Source: Eledone cirrhosa
Taxonomy: Eukaryota
Reading direction: 5' to 3'
Assembly (NCBI GenBank): GCA_964016885.1
Contig: OZ024740.1
Span: 254,014,001-254,078,000 of the forward strand
Length of the DNA: 64,000 bases
The position numbers were made by a program, and so were the translations under genes. The notes under the pieces were generated by a model that saw only the letters and a program-made list of their open reading frames with translations, was not told the origin of the DNA and ran no database searches. Below, in pieces: positions 32,387-57,449 of this stretch. Positions within the stretch are counted from its first letter, which is position 1; every line of letters begins with the position of its first letter.

Positions 32387-35300
32387 TTATCTCCAGCCTG
32401 TATAGGTTGGCCACTGGTGTAGGAGGGAGTTTGTTGCTGCTGCCCTTAGGTTTCCCTCGTGTCTTGCTGTGGGCTCATCCGGGATCCTGGATAACGAGGT
32501 GTCGAGATGTTTCTTAAAGACATCCACCTCCACGTCATGCAAGTCTCGCAGATGCCTCGGCAGCCTGTTGAAGAGTTGAGGGCCCTTGAATCCCAGGCTA
32601 TTGCAATACCTGCTCCTTATTCTAGATGTGGAAGACGGGACCTTTGGCACCACACAGTGACGTCCTGTTCGACGGTTGGTCCAGCTCCCAATGCCAAAGT
32701 TTGGTGCTAGTCCCTCCAGGATTTTCCACATGTAGATCACTGCGTATCTCTCCCGTCTTCGCTCCAAGGAGTAGAGGTTCAGTTCCCTCAGCCTCTCCCA
32801 GTAGCTTGTCTCCCTCATCTTGGCAATCCTCTTGGTGTAGCTTCGCTGGATTGCCTCAAGCTCTGTGGTTAGTTTGACACTATGGGGTGACCACAGCTGG
32901 GAGCAGTAGTCCAGGCGGCTTAGGACAAAAGTCCTCCACAGTGTCAACATGGTGTCTCGATCTCTTGTAAGGAAAGTCCTCAAGATCCAGCCAGCGAATC
33001 GTCTACATGCTGTCGCCACCTTCATGATGTGTGAAGAAAAAGATGCATCATCGCTCATGTCTATGCCCAGGTCTCGTATCGATTTTGACACGGGGATATC
33101 GGTCCCTCCTGGTCCTGTGTAGCTGTGTTCCGCTATATTTGTGTTTGTGTTTGCAGGTTTGTATTGTAGGGCTTGGAATTTGCCAGCATTAAACTGCATG
33201 TTGTTTTCTTCCGCCCATCTGTATATGGCATCCAGATCCTGCTGTAAGAGGGCAGCGTCAGCCGGGTTTTTGATTGCCTGTGCTACCTTAGTGTCATCAG
33301 CATAGCTAGTGAGGGATGTTGTTGCATGCATCACAGAGGGCATGTCCGAGAGAGCCACCAAAAACAGTAGTGGTCCCAGGACTGTCCCCTGAGGCACCCC
33401 ACTTGTTATCGGTGTTTCCCTCGAGAGGGCCCCATTTGCTGCGACTGCCTGGCTTCTGTCCTTCAGGAAGCCATGCAGCCACTCACCTACTTTTCCAGTT
33501 ATGCCGAGTCCGTGTAGTTTGTGACATATCATTCCGTGGTCGACCTTGTCAAAGGCCTTCGCAAAGTCAAGATATATCACGTCTACATGTGAGCTGTCTA
33601 GTAGCTGTCTCAGTACCCAGTCGTAGTGATGTAGCAGCTGTGTAAGGCAGCTTCTTCCTGGGCGGAAGCCATGTTGCGTGCTAGTCAGGCGGTCATTTTC
33701 TTCGAGGAAAGTGATTAGTTTCTTTCTGACGACTCGCTCCATGACCTTACTGATATGCGACGTCAGGGAGACTGGCCTATAGTTCTTGGCCTCCGCTCTA
33801 CTACCTCCTTTATGGATAGGGCATATTGTGCCTTCTTTCAGCTCCCTGGGTAGTACACCGCTAGCCAAGGAGCTTCTGAAGAGCATCTTCAGTGGAGTTG
33901 CTAAGGCCCGCTTACATATTTTTAGGAGAACTGCTGGGAATCCATCAGGTCCAGCAGCCGAGTCTGTTCTAATTTCATCAATGGCGTACACCACATCCTC
34001 CTCCGTTATGTCTATGTGGTTGATGGTTGCCATTTCTTGATGTAGTGTTGTGGCATCAAAGAACTCCTCTGGCTTCGTTATTTGCATGTGCCTCAGTGGA
34101 CATGTGAAGACACTTTTGTACTGTTCGTTCAGTATTTCACATATCTCTTGGGGATTTTCGGTTAATGAACCGTCCGTGTGGAAGAGTGGTCCAATCTTGC
34201 AGTGTACTGAGGCAGTTTCTTTTGCAAATTTAAAGAAGGCCTTAGGGTTTGTTTTAATGTTTTCTATGGCCCTGTTCTCTTTCCTTGCCCTCTCATTCTC
34301 ATGTGAAAGCTTGAGTGCAATCTCGGTGTCAAGTAGTGCACGTTTCAAATAGGATTCCTTCTTGTTTTGGTTTTGTTGACTATTCAACTGGTTTGAGAGT
34401 TTAGTTCTACGTCTCATAAGGATTTTCCTATCTCTGGGAATAAGATTTTTGTGTCTGTTTGCCTCTTTCTCCGGGACACACTTTTTGCATATGGTGTGTA
34501 TCGTTGTCATGAAGTGTTGAAATTGTGTGTTAGTGTCTTGTGTGGCGATGTTTGCACTCCATGTTTGCTTCCGGATTTCACTCTTAATCTTCTTCCAGTC
34601 AGCCCCGTAGAAGTTAAGGCTGGATAGCGTCCCGGAGCTTCTTGGTGGTTTTGTCTCTGTTGGTTCTCTTGGACCACATATCATTAGCTCTACCAAGTTA
34701 TGATCCGAGAGAATTGTTGGTGTCACCTTTACATTGTGGATGAGCACTTCGTTGTTTGTAAAACAGAGGTCCAGGACATTTTCACCTCTTGTTGGGAGGA
34801 GTATTGCTTGCTCCATGAACAGCCTGTGTGTGAGGGCCAGCAGGGATTCCGTCCGTCTCTGTTCTATTGACGTCATTCCAGGGAGGAGGTGGCCCTCAGG
34901 CCATTTGACCTTTGGTAGGTTGAAGTCTCCCAGCAGTAGGATGTTGAGACCCTGGTCCAGCTTGTCAAGGACCTCTTCTATCCTACTTAGGCTATCCTCA
35001 AATTTACCCTCATGACTGGGGGCATCGGGCGGCCGATATGTGACACATATTACCGTCTGTAGTTGCTTCATATGTATTATCAGTGTGTCACAGACTGAGT
35101 TTGAATGTGTCAACAGTACAATTGGTGTGACATCTTCACGGATATACAGAGCAACCCCACCATGAGTTCTCTCCTTCCTGTCCGAACGAAATACAGTATA
35201 TTTCGGTATATGTATTTCTGCATCTGCTATACTGCTTGTCAGGTGCGTTTCGGTTAGTGCCATGCATAGTGCTTGATTGCTTATGGCTAAGTCTCCCAGG

Positions 35301-35428
35301 TAGGAAATTTTACTCATGTTGCTGAGTTTCACCAGGCCCCTGACATTCAGCAGCAGCACTGGTGTGACTTTTGGGGTGCCAGTAATGGCTGTCGGTATGA
35401 CACCTGGTCTGGTGTCAGCGGCGGCCAC
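32387..35428 (-). CDS. LINE ORF2: APE endonuclease plus reverse transcriptase
   Basis: LLNVRGL, LTETHL, GGVALY, YRPP, LGDFN, LDLCF, SDHN; [29 protein letters not shown]; 1013 aa uninterrupted; annotated start is GTG. Confidence 0.97.
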   Translation of the reverse strand: MAAADTRPGVIPTAITGTPKVTPVLLLNVRGLVKLSNMSKISYLGDLAISNQALCMALTETHLTSSIADAEIHIPKYTVFRSDRKERTHGGVALYIREDVTPIVLLTHSNSVCDTLIIHMKQLQTVICVTYRPPDAPSHEGKFEDSLSRIEEVLDKLDQGLNILLLGDFNLPKVKWPEGHLLPGMTSIEQRRTESLLALTHRLFMEQAILLPTRGENVLDLCFTNNEVLIHNVKVTPTILSDHNLVELMICGPREPTETKPPRSSGTLSSLNFYGADWKKIKSEIRKQTWSANIATQDTNTQFQHFMTTIHTICKKCVPEKEANRHKNLIPRDRKILMRRRTKLSNQLNSQQNQNKKESYLKRALLDTEIALKLSHENERARKENRAIENIKTNPKAFFKFAKETASVHCKIGPLFHTDGSLTENPQEICEILNEQYKSVFTCPLRHMQITKPEEFFDATTLHQEMATINHIDITEEDVVYAIDEIRTDSAAGPDGFPAVLLKICKRALATPLKMLFRSSLASGVLPRELKEGTICPIHKGGSRAEAKNYRPVSLTSHISKVMERVVRKKLITFLEENDRLTSTQHGFRPGRSCLTQLLHHYDWVLRQLLDSSHVDVIYLDFAKAFDKVDHGMICHKLHGLGITGKVGEWLHGFLKDRSQAVAANGALSRETPITSGVPQGTVLGPLLFLVALSDMPSVMHATTSLTSYADDTKVAQAIKNPADAALLQQDLDAIYRWAEENNMQFNAGKFQALQYKPANTNTNIAEHSYTGPGGTDIPVSKSIRDLGIDMSDDASFSSHIMKVATACRRFAGWILRTFLTRDRDTMLTLWRTFVLSRLDYCSQLWSPHSVKLTTELEAIQRSYTKRIAKMRETSYWERLRELNLYSLERRRERYAVIYMWKILEGLAPNFGIGSWTNRRTGRHCVVPKVPSSTSRIRSRYCNSLGFKGPQLFNRLPRHLRDLHDVEVDVFKKHLDTSLSRIPDEPTARHEGNLRAAATNSLLHQWPTYTGWR

Positions 35429-36309
35429 TCTGGGTCCCTTAACTGCGGTGGTCTCGAGTGCTGGTGTGGATGACCCTGGCTCTGGAGACGATGCAGCCAG
35501 GTCAGCTGTCCCACAATCTTCTCTGCCATCACTAAAAAATTTTTCTGATCTGCTGCTGCCATCTGTATCTCGTCGGCATGTGCGTGCCTTCTCCTTGTTG
35601 GTGCAGCACGCGCGACATCAGCATACTTCTGGAGCGGCTTATTTCGGCTTTGGCTGGGGCATGTTGCGCGAGTATGATGGGCATAGTTCGTTTGAGACCT
35701 AGGGTGGGCGAATCTGCATCCCATCCCTGTCTCTCCATGCCAGCATGTCCCGTTCTTGAAAAACTTGCACATTACTTGGGGTTTTTTGCTCCCAGTGTCT
35801 CGGTGCTTTCTGTTCTTTCTTTGAACAGTTGTCCACTGGTCCCTCTGCGCTTGGTTCTCCTTCGGAAGGTGATTTCGCTTTTCACCTTTGCCCTTAGCTT
35901 GTTGGTTGCCCGGCCTGCCCTCCCTGCCTGTAGCGGAGGGTACATCATTTTCTTTCAGGTCCGTGCTTGTGCTCTCCTCCTTTTCTTTTTCCCTTTCTTT
36001 TTCCTCTTCCTTTTCCCTCTCCTTCTCCTCATCCCTCCCTTCGGTTTTCTCCTCCCTAAGGACACGGCTTAGCATCGCCATATGAGGCGCTATGAGAACA
36101 TACGCCTTCTCAATTTCTTTTCTCTTTCTCTCTATCTGTACCAGGGTCCTCATAAACCCATGGCTCTTCAGGTTCTCCGCCATCTTTTTGCTTGGTGGAG
36201 ACCCATCAGCCATAGTCCACCCCTTGATCAAAACCGCTAGTTCAATCTTCGACCAGTTTCGCTGACTCCTGATTTCACATTTTTCCCATTTTTCCTGCAT
36301 GCAGTCCAT
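35347..36309 (-). CDS. LINE ORF1: Myb/SANT(trihelix)-like N-terminus plus CCCH zinc finger
   Basis: NWSKIELAVLI..MAENLKSHGFMRTLVQIERKRKEIEKAY; CKFFKNGTCWHGETGMGCRFAH; lies directly upstream of ORF2. Confidence 0.8.
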   Translation of the reverse strand: MDCMQEKWEKCEIRSQRNWSKIELAVLIKGWTMADGSPPSKKMAENLKSHGFMRTLVQIERKRKEIEKAYVLIAPHMAMLSRVLREEKTEGRDEEKEREKEEEKEREKEKEESTSTDLKENDVPSATGREGRPGNQQAKGKGEKRNHLPKENQAQRDQWTTVQRKNRKHRDTGSKKPQVMCKFFKNGTCWHGETGMGCRFAHPRSQTNYAHHTRATCPSQSRNKPLQKYADVARAAPTRRRHAHADEIQMAAADQKNFLVMAEKIVGQLTWLHRLQSQGHPHQHSRPPQLRDPEWPPLTPDQVSYRQPLLAPQKSHQCCC

Positions 36310-36594
36310 TTTGCTGTGGAGGGGAGAGAGAGGGACAGTGGGAGGTGTAGAGTAGAGGTTAGAGAGGGACAGAGTGAGGGAGGGAGATAGAGATATAACT
36401 CCAGCGAGAGAAAAAGAAAGAGAAACAGAAGAAAAGAAAAGAAAAGGGGGAGACAGAAGAGGGGAGCGAGAGAGATTGCGGGAAGAGTGGGGGGGGGGTC
36501 AGAGGGAGAGAGAGAAGATAGATAGAGAGAGAGAGAGAGAGAGCTCGTTGATCTAGAGAGAGGGAGAAAGAGAGCTCGTTGATCGAGAGAGAGA

Positions 36595-36636
<42 letters not shown>

Positions 36637-37224
36637 GGAGAGAGATAGAGACAGCGTGAGAGCGTGAGCAACTGCAGTTCATAAATATAAAAATAAATTT
36701 TTAAATCTAAATTTAAATTAATGAATGGAAGAAACCGGAAACAGAGATATAGAAACACGATGTAAATGTCTGTTTACAAATATACGGAGTTATTGTAATA
36801 TCAGCATATCATACAAGAAACAACGAAATCGGGTCAAATACAGATAAGATTATACAAGATCAAACAAGATTATATCAAATTAAATTATGTTACTCAGAAA
36901 TATCAAAATTAATACAAAATTGCTTAAGCTAAACCAAAATGCTCTGTATGGTAGACAAACAAAAATAAAAATAGAAAGCACGTGTGTGTGTTGTCTCCTA
37001 TGAATGAATCATACAGTGAAAATAAACATGTTCAAAACGGTAATATATGTAAAATATACTTCAAAATAATTGCGTCAAAGCACAAAAACTTATCTTTTTT
37101 GTATGTTTTCCTTGTCCTCTGAAGAATTAAAACCATACATAAATCCGATTACTGTCGATTTAAAATATTAAAATTTCAAATCCGGAGAGACGACAATTCA
37201 CGTCTTATACCAACAAGTGCCAAG

Positions 37225-44428
<7,204 letters not shown>

Positions 44429-46408
44429 TTGGGAACGAACCCGGCTTTGGTGGGGCTCTGATCAACTTGGATCAATCTAAGGCGTTTGATAGGGTCGACC
44501 ATGGTTACCTGGATGTGGTGCTAGCGGCGGCAGGCTTCGGATCCGTTTTCAGGGGCTGGATCACTGCTATGCACAGCAGCCGCATCTGCTCTAGGGTCAA
44601 GGTGAACGGCTACCTCTCGGAGCCGTTCAAAATCGCGCGGTCCATCCGACAAGGGTGCCCTCTCTCCTCCCTTCTGTATGTGTTGACTCTCGAGCCACTA
44701 CTGCGGAAGTTGGAGTTGTTGCAGGGCATCCCTTTGGAACCGGGATTGCTGAAAGCGGTGTCGGCCTACGCCGATGACGTGACAGTAATGGTGTCGACGA
44801 CCTCCGAAATCGAGGCGGTCGGCACCTTACTGGAGGAGTACGAAAAGTTCACAAGGGCTAAGCTGAACCGGGACAAGTCGATCGGTTTGCAACTCGGCAT
44901 GTGGAGGGGCAGACCGATGCCCTCCGATGGCGTTGTCGGACGCTGGACGGAGGGCCCGGTGAAGTTGCTCTGGGTCTGGTTCGGACCGGACCTCCAGGTG
45001 GAGAAAAACTGGGCGGAGGTTACGAACAGGGTGTTTGCACTGACCCAGAAGTGGGCCAGTTGCAAACTATCCCTGAAAGGTCGGGCGGAGGTGGCGAACA
45101 CCTACATAGCGTCCGTCATCTACTACCGCCTGACCGTAGTGCCCTGCCCAAGGGAAACCCTCACCAAGATGGAGCGCGCGCTCTTCCAATTCCTTTGGAA
45201 GAGGCGGGCTCCTATGGTGAGGAGATCCATCTGCTGTCAACACCCTTCGAAAGGAGGGCTAGGGATGCCGTGGCTAATGATGCGTAAACACGCATTAAGG
45301 CTACGGCACCTCTACGTATTCCTCACCGGACAACCGGTGTGGGCCTCGTTTGTGAGACAAACCTTTCCCAGACTCGTCTCACTCACCGAGCTGCAATCCT
45401 GGGTCAAGCAAAGACCGAGAAAACTGGGCGCCTGGCACACTGAGTGTGCCCAGGCGCTCACCGCCCTCTGGCAGGCGGATCCGGTTGTCAGTGGAGACTC
45501 TACCGCAACATTCTATAGAGGGCTGGTACGCAGCAGGTGCGACGACGCTCTCGGAGAAGCCCTAGACATGGAGGAGGACGAACTGGCCAGCCTGTTCGGT
45601 AGGACATTCAGCCCGGGACCTATGGACAACTTCAGAAGTCCCTGGCCTGGCAGTGCTACCGAGGGGCTTTACCCGTTCGAGAAAGGCTCTACAGACACGG
45701 GCGCCCGGGTAGGGACCCCGCCAAAAAGATCTGTCCCAGATGCGTGTGCGACGAGGAAACCGTTGCACACGCATTGGTACACTGCTCGGGCGTAGCCGAT
45801 CTGTGGGGCTATGTCGAACAACTGCTGTCAAGGGTGGGACCGATCCGGTTGACCACCGAGTCTATTGTAATGATCAAGCCGCCTCCCCCCTTCAAAGATG
45901 AAGCAGAGGCGGTGTTTCTGTGCGTAATAGCCATGGCGAAAGAGGTTGTATGGTGGACGCGTCTGAAAGGACTGAGGTCAGGCACCTTTCTCTCTGGCCA
46001 ACAACTGGTCCGTTTCTTCCGTTATTTCGGAAGAAGGATCAGGATGGAGAGAGAGGTGCTGCACCCCAGCCGTTTCTATGAAAGATGGGTGAAAGTGGCG
46101 AGAATGGCCCGTGTGAAAGGGCCTTCACTCTACATCAGACTATAGGTGAGGAAGATGAAAGACCAAGGGAGCACCCCTTCTCTGTGCTCCTGAGGAGAAG
46201 GGTTGCACACTTTTTTCGGGGGTGTGTGCGACCCCCCAAGGCGCCTCCTCTCTATTGAGGATTTTGTTATAAATTTTATTTTTTGTTATATCTTATTTTA
46301 TTTTTATATTTTGTTATTGCCTCCTCCTTATTGAGGACGCCTTTTTGTGTAAAATCCCCCCTTTGTACTTGTCCCACTTTTGATGCCCTAGTGGCAAATA
46401 AAAGAAAC
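44429..46408 (+). mobile_element. Tx1/L1-clade LINE, 5'-truncated, frameshift near 45638, C-terminal CCHC
   Basis: [38 protein letters not shown]; [14 protein letters not shown]; AATAAA then (TA)n. Confidence 0.92.
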
Positions 46409-46444
<36 letters not shown>

Positions 46445-46482
46445 GTATATATATATATACCTATATATATATGTATATATAT

Positions 46483-46733
46483 ATCTATCTATCTATCTAA
46501 GGCGGGTAAAATTCCCGAGATCCATGGACGAGTTCTCTCCAGCGGTCTCTGTCCCTCATTATCGCTGCCATATCCTGCATCTCCAACAGACCAGTGTCTG
46601 TCCTTAGGGCATCAACATATGTTAACCTTGGTCTTCCTCTTCTAGTGTGTCCATGTAGGGGCTCCCAAAAGGAGCACTGAGTGCAATGTCAACTCTGGAT
46701 GTCGGTGAGCATGTCCAGCCAACCTCAGTCTCC

Positions 46734-46737
<4 letters not shown>
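46483..46737 (-). mobile_element. RTE/RTE-X-like LINE 3' end with (TAGA)n tail
   Basis: QRRLRLAGHAHRH..RRGRPRLTYVD..DRDRWR. Confidence 0.85.
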
Positions 46738-46794
<57 letters not shown>

Positions 46795-46798
<4 letters not shown>

Positions 46799-47185
46799 AG
46801 TTTATGTTGGTTGTATACCAACACCTCAGTATGCAGGCTGGAGCACTCGACGAAGTGCGCAGGTTGGTTTGGTTACTCCGGAGTAGTGTAAAATAAAGTT
46901 AAATAAAAGTCAAAGGATTAAAATTTAGCTTCGTTTATTACTGCTATATATATTTCAGTGACAGCCATCTTATGACTCCAGTTCCCCAGTGAATTAACAA
47001 CCCAACAAGGAACTGGGCATATCAGAGTATTGACAATATCATACACCTAAACAACATATGTACTTCTCTATACCATACTAATTCAAACTGCCTGAAGAGG
47101 TCACAGCCAAAGATGGCTGTCACTGAAATATATATAGCAGTAATAAACGAAGCTAAATTTTAATCATTTGACTTTTATTTAACTT

Positions 47186-47192
<7 letters not shown>
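46795..47192. mobile_element. PLE pLTR fragment (46972-47192, +, same family as ~13120-13332) preceded by an inverted partial copy
   Basis: 46889-46971 = rc of 47110-47192; HHR at 47087-47141. Confidence 0.85.
47087..47141 (+). ncRNA. Type I hammerhead ribozyme
   Basis: acugc CUGAAGA ggucacagcca-aaga-uggcugucacu GAAA uauaua UA gcagu. Confidence 0.9.
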
Positions 47193-49033
<1,841 letters not shown>

Positions 49034-49138
49034 GCTCTGTTTCTCGACCGTTATATCGCCTGACTATCTCCCCCTCCGCCTTTTGGGATTCTTTCTCACG
49101 TCGTGTAGACGCGTTCTTGAGACTAGTAAAATGAGGTA

Positions 49139-49228
49139 TCCTCTTGATAAGTCGGCAGACCACGCAAGGACTCTATATCTTTATGATATATTGTTTTTGT
49201 TTATGCCACGAAACTACGTAGTCGAGGA
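49139..49228 (+). ncRNA. Type I hammerhead ribozyme, U3-A8 core variant, in a short probable PLE remnant (49034-49300)
   Basis: uccuc UUGAUAA gucggca...ugccac GAAA cuacguag UC gagga. Confidence 0.8.
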
Positions 49229-49347
49229 ATTTAGGAGCCGTTTAGGTATGATACATTTTATTAGTAATTATATCTAAATGTTTCTTCTCTCTTCATAATG
49301 TATATATATATATGTATATATATATATACCTATATATATATATATAT

Positions 49348-49695
49348 ATGGCTTAGTGGTTAGAGCATTGGCCTTGCAATCGAAAGGTTGTGAGTTCAAT
49401 CCTCAGACCGGGTGATGTGTTGTTTCCTTGAGCAAGACACTTTATTTCACATTGCTCCAGTTTACTCAGCTGTAGAAATGAGATGATAGGGACTGGGGTC
49501 CATATCATTCCACTGCAAAGTGGACGTGGAGGTGCCACGGCAGAAAAGCACCCAGCACTCACTGTAAATGAGGTTGGTGTTAGGAAGGGCATCCAGCTGT
49601 AGAAATCAAGCCAGAATCAGTTCCCGTCCCACCCTTGCAAGCAGGGAAAAGTGGACGTAAAAATGATGAAAAAAAAAAAAAAAAATGATGATGAT
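49348..49695 (+). mobile_element. tRNA-CORE SINE
   Basis: Near-identical to 15128-15462. Confidence 0.9.
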
Positions 49696-50810
<1,115 letters not shown>

Positions 50811-50860
50811 GAGATAGATAGGTAAATATACACGGGTGTGTATGATTGTGTATAGAAGAT

Positions 50861-51255
50861 TATATTAATAAGAGGAATTCCAACTTTGTCTGATTTACTC
50901 GTTTTATTTACAATCCTTTAAAATATATATAATGGTATTATAATGAAATAGTATGATAGAATATTAAATTCTAAGTGTTAATTGAACAAGTACTTTCATG
51001 CTTTCGCAATCTTCAGGTTCATGATATGTGGTGACAGTCGAGTTTGCAATTTTCAACTGTTGAAAATTGCAAACTCGACTGTCACCACATATCATGAACC
51101 TGAAGATTGCGAAAGCATGAAAGTACTTGTTCAATTAACACTTAGAATTTAATATTCTATCATACTATTTCATTATAATACCATTATATATATTTTAAAG
51201 GATTGTAAATAAAACGAGTAAATCAGACAAAGTTGGAATTCCTCTTATTAATATA
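50861..51255. repeat. 395-bp palindrome (197-bp arms, 1-nt spacer at 51058) with an HHR in each arm
   Basis: tttcaac-t-gttgaaa centre; HHR ugaac CUGAAGA u-ugc-gaaa-gca-u GAAA guac UU guuca at 51095-51133 (+) and 50983-51021 (-). Confidence 0.92.
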
Positions 51256-51312
51256 TATATATATATACGTATATATATATATATATACGTATATATATAT
51301 ATATATATATAC

Positions 51313-51368
<56 letters not shown>

Positions 51369-51693
51369 GTATATATATATATATATAAATTGAAACAAAA
51401 TGAAAACGAAATTTCATTTCTCACTCTTAGTATGGCACTTACTTAAATGTAAGTATGCATGTATACGTACATACATATATGTATACAGACGTACAGTAGC
51501 ATGCACATATATATATATATATACATATATATATACATATGCATACAGGTACACATACATATATGCACGTATCAGTTTAGCGGCGCTTATTATAACGTCG
51601 CTTTGTTCGTTTGTAAACAAACTGAACAGCCTGAATTTATGCCATACGGTGTTAAGGCAACCACGTCACCTTTTTGTTCAACACTGACACAGG

Positions 51694-51738
51694 AACGATG
51701 TACTAGTTTCAAGCTTGTTAGCTATCATCAGCACCGTT
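51694..51738 (-). ncRNA. Minimal type I HHR, array unit 1
   Basis: aacggug CUGAUGA u-agcu-aaca-agcu-u GAAA cuag UA caucguu. Confidence 0.92.
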
Positions 51739-52165
51739 TACCCATCTGCCAGATAGTTGAACGTTCGAAAGTATATACTTTCCTTATGAAAATTAACGGC
51801 TGAGCAGCCTAATTTGCATATTGAGTGAGTTAAATCGGTCAGGCATACCGAAAGCGATAAATTGAAACAAAATGAAAACGAAATTTCATTTCTCACTCTT
51901 AGTATGGCACTTACTTAAATGTAAGTATGCATGTATACGTACATACATATATGTATACAGACGTACAGTAGCATGCACATATATATATATATATACATAT
52001 ATATATACATATGCATACAGGTACACATACATATATGCACGTATCAGTTTAGCGGCGCTTATTATAACGTCGCTTTGTTCGTTTGTAAACAAACTGAACA
52101 GCCTGAATTTATGCCATACGGTGTTAAGGCAACCACGTCACCTTTTTGTTCAACACTGACACAGG

Positions 52166-52210
52166 AACGATGTACTAGTTTCAAGCTTGTTAGCTATCAT
52201 CAGCACCGTT
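52166..52210 (-). ncRNA. Minimal type I HHR, array unit 2
   Basis: Identical to unit 1. Confidence 0.92.
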
Positions 52211-52637
52211 TACCCATCTGCCAGATAGTTGAACGTTCGAAAGTATATACTTTCCTTATGAAAATTAACGGCTGAGCAGCCTAATTTGCATATTGAGTGA
52301 GTTAAATCGGTCAGGCATACCGAAAACGATAATTTGAAACAAAATGAAAACGAAATTTCATTTCTCACTCTTAGTATGGCACTTACTTAAATGTAAGTAT
52401 GCATGTATACGTACATACATATATGTATACAGACGTACAGTAGCATGCACATATATATATATATATACATATATATATACATATGCATACAGGTACACAT
52501 ACATATATGCACGTATCAGTTTAGCGGCGCTTATTATAACGTCGCTTTGTTCGTTTGTAAACAAACTGAACAGCCTGAATTTATGCCATACGGTGTTAAG
52601 GCAACCACGTCACCTTTTTGTTCAACACTGACACAGG

Positions 52638-52682
52638 AACGATGTACTAGTTTCAAGCTTGTTAGCTATCATCAGCACCGTT
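52638..52682 (-). ncRNA. Minimal type I HHR, array unit 3
   Basis: Identical to unit 1. Confidence 0.92.
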
Positions 52683-53109
52683 TACCCATCTGCCAGATAG
52701 TTGAACGTTCGAAAGTATATACTTTCCTTATGAAAATTAACGGCTGAGCAGCCTAATTTGCATATTGAGTGAGTTAAATCGGTAAGGCATACCGAAAACG
52801 ATAAATTGAAACAAAATGAAAACGAAATTTCATTTCTCACTCTTAGTATGGCACTTACTTAAATGTAAGTATGCATGTATACGTACATACATATATGTAT
52901 ACAGACATACAGTAGCATGCACATATATATATATATATACATATATATATACATATGCATACAGGTACACATACATATATGCACATATCAGTTTAGCGGC
53001 GCTTATTATAACGTCGCTTTGTTCGTTTGTAAACAAACTGAACAGCCTGAATTTATGCTATACGGTGTTAAGGCAACCACGTCACCTTTTTGTTCAACAC
53101 TGACACAGG

Positions 53110-53154
53110 AACGATGTACTAGTTTCAAGCTTGTTAGCTATCATCAGCACCGTT
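53110..53154 (-). ncRNA. Minimal type I HHR, array unit 4
   Basis: Identical to unit 1. Confidence 0.92.
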
Positions 53155-53499
53155 TACCCATCTGCCAGATAGTTGAACGTTCGAAAGTATATACTTTCCT
53201 TATGAAAATTAACGGCTGAGCAGCCTAATTTGCATATTGAGTGAGTTAAATCGGTCAGGCATACCGAAAACGATAAATTGAAACAAAATGAAAACGAAAT
53301 TTCATTTCTCACTCTTAGTATGGCACTTACTTAAATGTAAGTATGCATGTATACGTACATACATATATGTATACAGACGTACAGTAGCATGCACATATAT
53401 ATATATATATACATATATATATACATATGCATACAGGTACACATACATATATGCACGTATCAGTTTAGCGGCGCTTATTATAACGTCGCTTTGTTCATT

Positions 53500-57311
<3,812 letters not shown>

Positions 57312-57322
57312 TATATATATAT

Positions 57323-57361
<39 letters not shown>

Positions 57362-57449
57362 TATATATATATATATAGGTATATATATATATAGGTATAT
57401 ATATATATACGTATATATATAGGTATATATATATATATATATATATAGG

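Larger units (their letters stand above)
51384..53497 (-). mobile_element. Retrozyme-like tandem array: about 4.5 x 472-bp non-coding monomers, one HHR per complete monomer
   Basis: Exact 472 period (51400, 51872, 52344, 52816, 53288); near-identical units; HHRs at 51694, 52166, 52638, 53110. Confidence 0.88.

Noticed and set aside
33316-36085. Plus-strand ORFs overlapping the CR1 element, and similar antisense ORFs over RTE/PLE copies
   Set aside because: Antisense shadows of retroelement coding sequence
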